Virus record (IMG/VR): IMGVR_UViG_3300050021_000500 | Coordinates: 19,915-83,914 of that record | Length of the DNA stretch: 64,000 bases | Strand: one strand, 5' to 3' | Source of the DNA: a virus | Part shown: positions 35,776-43,078 of the stretch, piece by piece | How the letters are laid out: each line of letters begins with the position of its first letter | Position numbering within the stretch: position 1 is the stretch's first letter | Translations under genes and position numbers: made by a program | The notes under the pieces: model-generated | Told to the model about the DNA's origin: nothing | Database searches by the model: none | Seen by the model: only the letters and a program-made list of their open reading frames with translations

Positions 35776-37166
35776 GCTATCGGATCATCTGCGGTGACGC
35801 GCTGACAGTGCTGAAGACGATGCCCGAGGAAAGCGTGCAGTGCTGTGTGACGAGTCCGCCGTACTGGGGCCTCCGCGATTACGGCGTGGTCGGGCAACTT
35901 GGCTTGGAGCCCACCATCGAACTGTACATCGCCCATATCGTCGAGGTGTTCCGTGAAGTGCGGCGGGTGCTCAAGAACGATGCGACGCTCTGGCTGAACA
36001 TGGGGGATTCCTACTGCTCCGATGCCGGCGCCGATAGAAAACCCACCACGCTTGCCGGAGCCCGTGTCCCTTCTGGATGGACAAATAGAGCGCAGCCACA
36101 TCGGGTTCATGCACTCCGTAAGGGCAAAGATAAAGACCCGAAGCGCGGGGCGTCCGCCGACAGCGCCGTGATTTCTGCGGTAACCGGCCTAAAACCGAAA
36201 GACCTCTGCATGATCCCGGCGCGCGTCGCGTTGGCGCTGCAAGCGGATGGCTGGTGGCTCCGCTCAGAGATTGTGTGGCACAAGCCCAACCCGATGCCTG
36301 AGAGCATCCGGGATCGTCCGACCAAAAGCCACGAGATGCTCTACCTACTGTCGAAGAGCGAGAGGTACTTCTACGACGCGGACGCCATCAAGGAGCCGAC
36401 TACGGGCAGCGCCCACGATAGAGCGCGTAAGAACCGCGCCGCCGATGGGCAGAAGACGCTGCCGACAGCGGAACGAAACGGGGTGCGACCGGCATTTGAG
36501 CGCCTCGGACGCGAAGGCCTGAACAGTCGCATGCACCAAGACCGCGACGCCAATCATTCGAGCGAGCGGAAGGTCCGCGCGCCCGGCGTGAACCCGAAGG
36601 CGCAGAAGTGGCCCAACGCATGGAGTGCTGAAGACGGCCGCCACGATGGAATCGGCAACGGTCGTTTCCGCCCGAGCGGCAACAAAGAGCGCAAACTCGC
36701 GGGCCCGGCGAATGGACGCCTGGAGACGCACATGGGCAGCGGCGTGCCCTGGCCGCCGCAGATTCGTCCCAAGCAGAACGAATCATTTTCGGCAGCGGTA
36801 GTGCGAACAGTGGAGCGGCGCAACCGGCGCACCGTCTGGACCATCGCAACGAAGCCATTCAGCGGCGCCCACTTCGCCACCTTCCCACCGAAGCTGATCG
36901 AGCCCTGCATCCTGGCAGGCTCCCGGCCCGGTGACGTGGTGCTGGATCCGTTTGGGGGCGCGATGACCACGGCCCTGGTGGCGCAAGAGCATGGCAGGGA
37001 TTCAGTGATGATCGAATTGAAGCCCGAGTACGTGAAGATGGGCGACGCGCGACTCGCTGACGCCAGAGCCGGTTCAGCGCCGGTCCTCCGGCGACGGTTT
37101 GAACCCGGCGGTGTGGAGCAAGCGGACACGGGCGCGGCGAAGAAACCACGGAGCCTTTTTCAGTAA
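35772..37166 (+). CDS. Beta-class N4-C/N6-A DNA methyltransferase; C-terminus encoded by R4
   Basis: TSPPYWGLRDY, IVWHKPNPMPES, HFATFP, DPFGG. Confidence 0.92.
   Translation: MSYRIICGDALTVLKTMPEESVQCCVTSPPYWGLRDYGVVGQLGLEPTIELYIAHIVEVFREVRRVLKNDATLWLNMGDSYCSDAGADRKPTTLAGARVPSGWTNRAQPHRVHALRKGKDKDPKRGASADSAVISAVTGLKPKDLCMIPARVALALQADGWWLRSEIVWHKPNPMPESIRDRPTKSHEMLYLLSKSERYFYDADAIKEPTTGSAHDRARKNRAADGQKTLPTAERNGVRPAFERLGREGLNSRMHQDRDANHSSERKVRAPGVNPKAQKWPNAWSAEDGRHDGIGNGRFRPSGNKERKLAGPANGRLETHMGSGVPWPPQIRPKQNESFSAAVVRTVERRNRRTVWTIATKPFSGAHFATFPPKLIEPCILAGSRPGDVVLDPFGGAMTTALVAQEHGRDSVMIELKPEYVKMGDARLADARAGSAPVLRRRFEPGGVEQADTGAAKKPRSLFQ
37065..37164 (-). repeat. Hairpin end element R4 (pair 4)
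   Basis: Minus strand: ACTGAAAAA...GCCGGGTTCAA ACCGT CGCCGG AGGA CCGGCG C TGAACCGGC TCT. Confidence 0.88.
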
Positions 37167-37214
37167 ATGGCCGCGCGCCCAGCGGGGAATGGGCGGAAGG
37201 AAGGATGACAAATC

Positions 37215-37439
37215 ATGAAAACGCGATGCAAGTTTCAGGTTGAAAAGGTCACGAAGTACAGTGGAGACTTTGAGCAAATCACGCTCAACGCCGTATATGG
37301 GGGATCGGCCGAAAATGTGAGCTTTGCTCAAGCCACGCCAACGGGGAAACTGGAAATCACGGTCAATAACCCGGCGGTAGTTGGGCAGATCACACCAGGG
37401 CAGTACTATTATCTGGATCTGATTCCAGCGGAAGCATAG
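37215..37439 (+). CDS. Conserved small phage protein
   Basis: RCKF..LNAV..EN..F..ATP.G.LEITVNNP..GQYYYLD. Confidence 0.8.
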   Translation: MKTRCKFQVEKVTKYSGDFEQITLNAVYGGSAENVSFAQATPTGKLEITVNNPAVVGQITPGQYYYLDLIPAEA

Positions 37440-37560
37440 CGGGCCCCGAATCTTTCAACGTTGAGTCCAAAGAACAGAGATTCTTTGGGCAAATAAATCG
37501 AATTCAGCCGCATCGCCTTGGCGGACAATAAAGGCAGCAATCGGTGAAGGAGAACAGACA

Positions 37561-37983
37561 ATGATTCAAATGCAGAACCAGACGATGAAGGTAATCAATG
37601 GGCAGGGGGTAACGACCATAACGGTTCCCGTGTGGGACAACCCAAGCTGCCAGATCCTGCTCGGCACACTGAACAAACAATCGGACGCCGAAGCGGCGAA
37701 CAACGCGGCGCTGGCGGAGTACACGCGCGAGGCCGTGAAGTACCAGACCGCGGCGGATGACGGGCGGCTGGAAACGACGGTACCGGCGCTGGTGTGGCCG
37801 GTGAAACCGAAGATGCAGATGGTGGGCGATCCGTACCTCTTGAACGGCGTGCTGATGCCCGGGGTGGCGACGGAGATCGACTTCTATCCGCCGCTGGTGG
37901 ATTTTGTGGCGCCGAAGACGGTCGGTACGTCGGGGCCCAAGACCGCAACGGATTTCGCCGCATCGGGTCAGGTGACCAGGTAG
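37561..37983 (+). CDS. Hypothetical protein
   Basis: AAGGAG RBS. Confidence 0.7.
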   Translation: MIQMQNQTMKVINGQGVTTITVPVWDNPSCQILLGTLNKQSDAEAANNAALAEYTREAVKYQTAADDGRLETTVPALVWPVKPKMQMVGDPYLLNGVLMPGVATEIDFYPPLVDFVAPKTVGTSGPKTATDFAASGQVTR

Positions 37984-38051
37984 GAAAAAGAAAAGACGTG
38001 ACGAACGGGCAGAGCGGCATGTAGAGTAAAAGTAAAGGAGAATCAAGCTCT

Positions 38052-38138
38052 ATGAAATCGACGACCACAAAGACGAAGGCGCCCGCCAAGGGCAACAAGG
38101 TAGCCGGGAAAATTCCAGCGAAACGGAAGGCGAAGTAG
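38052..38138 (+). CDS. 28-aa Lys-rich peptide
   Basis: MKSTTTKTKAPAKGNKVAGKIPAKRKAK; AAGGAG upstream. Confidence 0.5.
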   Translation: MKSTTTKTKAPAKGNKVAGKIPAKRKAK

Positions 38139-38156
38139 CATCCCGGCAAACACAAA

Positions 38157-38186
38157 TGGCCCGCACTCGGGAAGAGCGCGGGCCAT
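38157..38186. terminator. Hairpin between the convergent operons
   Basis: TGGCCCGC ACTC GGGAA GAGC GCGGGCCA. Confidence 0.55.
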
Positions 38187-38220
38187 AGCTGCGTTTGTCA
38201 GGCTGAAAATACGGAGAGGT

Positions 38221-38685
38221 TCAACGCTGGGGTTGGGGTGCGCGGCGGTCGAGATCGAGGAGCGCCCCGGCCATGTGGTTGACGACGCGTTCTTCTTCCG
38301 CACGGTAGGACTCCGTGCGCTGCAACCCCGGAAGCATCCGCATCATTTCCAGGTGGATCAATTCATGGACCACGGTGACCTCGATGTCGCGCAGTATTGC
38401 GTCCAACGGTAGACGGTAGTCCGCGGGGTCGAGGACCTGAATCGCCGCGCTTTTCCTGGCTCGGTCCCAGCCGATGTGGCCCAGGGTTTTCGGCTTCATC
38501 TCTCCGGCGCGCGCCACCGCCACGGAGATGTCCCAGTCTTCGAGGTGCAGCCGCTTCTGCCATACCCAAACCTTTTCGGCGGCGAAGCTTTGGGCCATCA
38601 CGGAGCGCTCAACCGGCTGGACAGATTGCGCGCGCACACTGCCCAGTAGAATCAGGGCCAGTACGGCATGCGCTGGGATGGTCAC
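38221..38685 (-). CDS. Exported HExxH zincin-like protein
   Basis: Signal-like start; WQKRLHLEDWDI; VVHELIHL..EE. Confidence 0.75.
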   Translation of the reverse strand: MTIPAHAVLALILLGSVRAQSVQPVERSVMAQSFAAEKVWVWQKRLHLEDWDISVAVARAGEMKPKTLGHIGWDRARKSAAIQVLDPADYRLPLDAILRDIEVTVVHELIHLEMMRMLPGLQRTESYRAEEERVVNHMAGALLDLDRRAPQPQR

Positions 38686-38909
38686 AGCAATTTGCCGGCG
38701 AACAGATCCTTGAACCACTGGGCTCCCTTGCCAAGGGCTGCGTTCCAGGCTGTGGAACTGGCCCGCCAGGCTGCGCAGGCTGCTTGACCTTCCGGGGTGC
38801 ACAGGAAAGTGCAGAGGGATTCTGCCGCTTTGCAGATAGCTTGGATATCCGCGCTCACTGGATCGGATACGGAAACATTTACGGTTGGGTTTACAGATGG
38901 AGTTGCCAT
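38682..38909 (-). CDS. Small hypothetical protein
   Basis: GTGA overlap. Confidence 0.6.
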   Translation of the reverse strand: MATPSVNPTVNVSVSDPVSADIQAICKAAESLCTFLCTPEGQAACAAWRASSTAWNAALGKGAQWFKDLFAGKLL

Positions 38910-38943
38910 AAAAAGCAGATTCCTAGTGGAAAAGGGTTCGCGG

Positions 38944-39564
38944 TTATACCGTGTTGAAGCGGGACAGTTTGGGATTGCCAAGCAGCGGAGCCGAGTTTTC
39001 GTAGATGCCCATCTCGACCAAATCCTGGGGGGTGCACTTCGTCCAATTCACCCCACAGAGCAGGCCGCACCGGGTGAGCGTCGAGCACACGAAGGCCGAG
39101 CACACCATGGCATCCAACTTCTCGCCCTGCGCCACACGTGCGCCGATGACCGGGATGTCCCGCAGCAGGAACTCGAACAGGCCGTCCACGTCATAGGCTA
39201 CATGACCGTCGCAGGCCCCCAGCCACGCGTAGAACTTCTCCCAGTCGATACGCCCGCGGCTTGCCTGCGACAGGCGTAGACCGGCCGCCTGGCCCCCCGG
39301 CGCGTACTCAGTGGAGATGACCGTGCCGAGCGGATTGGTTTGGACTCCATTGCGGTCGCCCTTCTCCAGGATGAAGGGCCGGGTGGATTCGGAGATCAGC
39401 ACGTCGCTGCCCTGGTGAACGGATTGCCGCACGATGGCGCAATGGCTCGGCCCGGCACCGAATAATTCAATCAACAGGGGTAGCGGTTTCCGGCCCCAGA
39501 ACATCACCAGATCACCGGGGCGCAACTGCGCGCGGACGGCATTGTATTGCGCAAGATTGTTCAT
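38944..39564 (-). CDS. Permuted papain-like NlpC/P60 (YiiX/YebB-like) amidase/peptidase
   Basis: LRPGDLV, SHCAIV (His), then MVCSAFV (Cys), TPQDL. Confidence 0.8.
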   Translation of the reverse strand: MNNLAQYNAVRAQLRPGDLVMFWGRKPLPLLIELFGAGPSHCAIVRQSVHQGSDVLISESTRPFILEKGDRNGVQTNPLGTVISTEYAPGGQAAGLRLSQASRGRIDWEKFYAWLGACDGHVAYDVDGLFEFLLRDIPVIGARVAQGEKLDAMVCSAFVCSTLTRCGLLCGVNWTKCTPQDLVEMGIYENSAPLLGNPKLSRFNTV

Positions 39565-39743
39565 AACGCTGTTTGCTCCACTTGGGATGTCCCGGTTTGT
39601 CGAGGCGGATCATCGGCGCCCCGGGCCGGTTTCGATGGTGCGCGGCGCTTCTTGGGACTTTTCAGCCCGGGTAGGTCCCAGCCCGGCAGTTCATAGATGG
39701 GCGGCTCCTCATCGTCCAATTCGAAGAACGGTTGTCGGCGCAT
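39561..39743 (-). CDS. Small hypothetical protein
   Basis: GGAGG RBS; ATGA overlap. Confidence 0.5.
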   Translation of the reverse strand: MRRQPFFELDDEEPPIYELPGWDLPGLKSPKKRRAPSKPARGADDPPRQTGTSQVEQTAL

Positions 39744-40009
39744 GGGGGAACCTCCAGGAAAAGCAGGATTCACAAATCGGCGTAGCCCACCATCGGCTTG
39801 TCGTCGAGCAACTCGAGCCTGACGAAATGCGAGCAGGCTCCCAGAATGCGGATCTTGCCTGCTACCACGCGGATGAGGGGCTCGATACCGCAATCTTCGA
39901 TAGGGCAGGCCGGATGGGAAAGCGGCACGTAAAGGATGTTCAGATTCAGATGGGACACGAGGTTGAAAGAAAGCGAGGATGGAGCGAACGTCTTTGGGGA
40001 TTGTTTAAC

Positions 40010-40339
40010 TTACTGCGCCGTGGGCTTCTCCGGCGTGGCCTTCGGGGAGCAGGTAGGCTCGCCATCGGGGCCGGCTACCAACTGCTGATCGCCGCACGCT
40101 TTCGCCAGTTCTGCCTGGATTGAATCCATTGCAGACTTCGCTTTTTGCGCCTGCATGCTGGCGCTGATCCACTCTGCCTGTGCCCTCCAGAATCGTGCGC
40201 GCTGCTCTGGCGTGATCGGTGTGATCCTGGCGAGCCTTGTGGCGAGAGCTTCGGCGGGGATGGGCGGCTTAGTGGCGGGAGGCGCAGTTTGGGCAAAAGC
40301 CAATCCGGCCAGCGCCATGATGATGAGAATCGTTTTCAT
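40010..40339 (-). CDS. Exported protein with signal peptide
   Basis: MKTILIIMALAGLAFA-Q. Confidence 0.75.
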   Translation of the reverse strand: MKTILIIMALAGLAFAQTAPPATKPPIPAEALATRLARITPITPEQRARFWRAQAEWISASMQAQKAKSAMDSIQAELAKACGDQQLVAGPDGEPTCSPKATPEKPTAQ

Positions 40340-40362
40340 ATTTACTGAAGCTCCTGTGTTCC

Positions 40363-40392
40363 TTGACTTTTTGGTACGTACGCACGTAGTAT
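40363..40392 (+). promoter_or_regulatory. Sigma70 promoter of a moron
   Basis: TTGACT-18-TAGTAT; GTG start 6 nt downstream. Confidence 0.7.
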
Positions 40393-40398
40393 CAGAAT

Positions 40399-40548
40399 GT
40401 GGACGCGAAAATCACCCTACTGGCCGATGCGGAAACCTGGAGACGCTTCCGCGTTGCCTGCCTGGAACGCGGGATAGTAGCCGGGCGCGCGTTTGAGAAA
40501 TTCATGAAACAGCAACTCGCCCAACAGGCGAAGGAGAAAAACAGATGA
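40399..40548 (+). CDS. 49-aa ribbon-helix-helix-like protein (absent from ORF track)
   Basis: AKITLLADAETWRRFRVACLERGIVAGRAFEKFMKQQL. Confidence 0.7.
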   Translation: MDAKITLLADAETWRRFRVACLERGIVAGRAFEKFMKQQLAQQAKEKNR

Positions 40549-40721
40549 TACCGTTTCTCGGACTTCCGGGAGTTCCCGCAATTGAGGTGATGTACTGGAC
40601 ACTCGTGCAGCAGGTTGACAAGATTCTGCTGCTCGTCGCTGGCACGCCGGCCGCTGCGTACCTGGAACAGTTGCGCGAGACATTCCTTACCATCTTGCGC
40701 GCTTACGGATGGTCGGTGTAA
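40545..40721 (+). CDS. 58-aa hydrophobic protein (absent from ORF track)
   Basis: AAGGAG RBS; ATGA overlap. Confidence 0.6.
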   Translation: MIPFLGLPGVPAIEVMYWTLVQQVDKILLLVAGTPAAAYLEQLRETFLTILRAYGWSV

Positions 40722-40742
40722 GGGGGGAGCCGGGCGGGTTCT

Positions 40743-43073
40743 TTACTGAACGCAAAAGTAATGCACTGGCCCGGACCCAGAATCAGTGATTATTAAATTA
40801 GTGGTGCTGGTAGATACCAGCACACTTGTGGCTGCTGAGGTTTGGCTGAAAACACAAACTGGCGCGGTCGCGTAAGCGGTTGCGAATGTGATCGTGACCG
40901 ATACCGGAATAGACCCGCTACAAGTGAAAGACCCCCGCACGTCACTACTCGCCGAACTCAGGGTACACCCGCTCCCTGTGATTGACATACCGGTAGGGTT
41001 GTCACTGCCACTGAGATGCCCGGCGCCGAAGGCCATTCCACTTCCAGCTGCGATTCCCCCAGTAGTTGTGATGCTAGTTGGATCTATGATGGTTAGGTTC
41101 GCTCCGTCAAATAGTTCTATCTCCCGGAACACGCTGAACGCGAAACGGTGGGTAAGATCCCCTAGGCCAACTGTGTTGTCGGTATACGGTTGCCATTCAG
41201 TCGATCCAAACGTAACCATTCCAGAGTTAAGGGAATTGACAGTTTCCGTTCCTTTCACGTACAGCGTATCAATCGTATTTATTCCCGTAAATGTATTGTT
41301 GGCGGATAGCGAGGCCCCGCACCCGGTCGTTGACACCACGCCGCTGGTGGCCTGCAAGCATCCCGTGAGGGAGCCAATACTCAATGCAGTAACGGCGGCA
41401 ACTCCGCTATTTAGCACCAGCGTATTAGCAACCGCCCCAGACCGCACGGACTGAAATACTCCCGACGCCCCGCCATAAAAGCCCTGAGAGAAATCCCCGC
41501 CTGACGATCCAACCAACTCTACAGGCGTTGAACCGGGTCCCAGCTCCAGGTAACTCCCATACCCGGAAGGAGATGACAGCCAACTCTGCAAATTGCTCCC
41601 CGCGACCCCCGTCACGGTTAGACTCGTCAATGCTCCCCCGACCGTCTTCCATGACCACGCGCCCGAACCGTTGGTCTGAAGCACCTGCCCGTTCGTGCCG
41701 TCCGCGTCGGGAAGGACGAAAGTGACGGAACTGGAGATGGCGTCCGGGGCTTTCAGCGAGATCGAATCCGTCCCATTGCTGGATCCCTCGCGGAATTGCA
41801 GACTGGCAGCGGTGGAAGTGCTGTATGGGCCGATGACGACGTGCCCCCCTTGGGTGTGCAGCCTCCCCGCCGGTGAATTGGTTCCAATACCGACCAGCCC
41901 ATCGTTGGTGATCCGCATTTTTTCGGTCGGCGTTCCTGATGGCCCACTAGAATTAGTGGTCGTGAGAAATGCCAGGCTGCCACCCTGAGCGGCGGAATCT
42001 ATCCCCCGTATGGCCGCCATCCCGTAATCCCCTGCATTCCAGTAGCTGTTTTTGAAAAGGACTCCGCCGCCATAATAGGCGGTTCTGCCGCCCGAAACCA
42101 CTAAAGCATCGGCTGCTCCAGCGTCGCCTGTATTTATTACCGTGCCGCTTGATCCGACAACCATGCTGTCCTGCACACCCAACGACCCATTAGGAGTCGT
42201 CTGAAACAAGATCTGGGCACCGTGCGCGGATCCTGTCCAGTTTTCCGTGGTCTGAATCTTCACCGCGGCCTGCCCATCGGACCAGCCAAGGGTATATTCG
42301 CCATGGTCTACGCTGCTGCCGTCATAGCCTCGCCCGTCAAGGATAAACAGATTGTCGCCTGATTGCACGGCGGCGGGCGAACCGACCGTGCCCCGCGCGA
42401 CGATCCCAGTCAGCACCGCCTCTGGATAATTCGATCCGCTGAAATGCTGAAATCGGCTGAGATTAGAGACGGAACCATACCCGGTATAACCCACGCCAGA
42501 GGCGCTCTCGCGACGTGTCCAGAGCACCCAGTCCGACTGCCCGAAATCGTCGTTTGAATTGACGGAAAGCGTTCCACCGCTAGCTGGTGGACCAATTGCT
42601 ACCACCGGGCCAGCGCCGATAGTGATGGAGGCCACCCCTCCTTGCCCCGGCGAATACCCGCCGCCGATTTTGAGCTTACTGGAATCTGCATCATCGACAC
42701 CGAAATAGTAGTTATGCGTGGACGTGTGGTCCATGACTTCGAACGATGCCTGATACCCCTGTACTTGTACTTGATTTGCACTACTCGCAGTGCTCCCTAC
42801 CCCCACAGTAAGCGCCCGGGTGAGTCCAGACGTGCCGATGGAAACCTTTCCAGTCGCCCGATAGATGTCACTGCCGCTGGTCGTCCACTGTGCCGCCCCT
42901 GCCGCGCACGTCCCGAAGTCTGTGGTGCCGAGTTCGCAGATCACATTACCGGGAAACGTCGCCGGAGCCTTGATGGTCATGCAGTGCTTACTGCTCTGCT
43001 GGTCACATAGTTGGAGCGCGTTTGACTGCGCGAACAGCGGAAGGCAAAGGAGAAAAGTTGTTATGAGTTTCAT
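40743..43073 (-). CDS. Tail-fibre-like protein with signal-peptide-like N-terminus
   Basis: EKMRITNDGLVGIGTNSP and LPDADGTNGQVLQTNGSG fibre motifs. Confidence 0.75.
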   Translation of the reverse strand: MKLITTFLLCLPLFAQSNALQLCDQQSSKHCMTIKAPATFPGNVICELGTTDFGTCAAGAAQWTTSGSDIYRATGKVSIGTSGLTRALTVGVGSTASSANQVQVQGYQASFEVMDHTSTHNYYFGVDDADSSKLKIGGGYSPGQGGVASITIGAGPVVAIGPPASGGTLSVNSNDDFGQSDWVLWTRRESASGVGYTGYGSVSNLSRFQHFSGSNYPEAVLTGIVARGTVGSPAAVQSGDNLFILDGRGYDGSSVDHGEYTLGWSDGQAAVKIQTTENWTGSAHGAQILFQTTPNGSLGVQDSMVVGSSGTVINTGDAGAADALVVSGGRTAYYGGGVLFKNSYWNAGDYGMAAIRGIDSAAQGGSLAFLTTTNSSGPSGTPTEKMRITNDGLVGIGTNSPAGRLHTQGGHVVIGPYSTSTAASLQFREGSSNGTDSISLKAPDAISSSVTFVLPDADGTNGQVLQTNGSGAWSWKTVGGALTSLTVTGVAGSNLQSWLSSPSGYGSYLELGPGSTPVELVGSSGGDFSQGFYGGASGVFQSVRSGAVANTLVLNSGVAAVTALSIGSLTGCLQATSGVVSTTGCGASLSANNTFTGINTIDTLYVKGTETVNSLNSGMVTFGSTEWQPYTDNTVGLGDLTHRFAFSVFREIELFDGANLTIIDPTSITTTGGIAAGSGMAFGAGHLSGSDNPTGMSITGSGCTLSSASSDVRGSFTCSGSIPVSVTITFATAYATAPVCVFSQTSAATSVLVSTSTTNLIITDSGSGPVHYFCVQ

Positions 43074-43078
43074 AGTCT

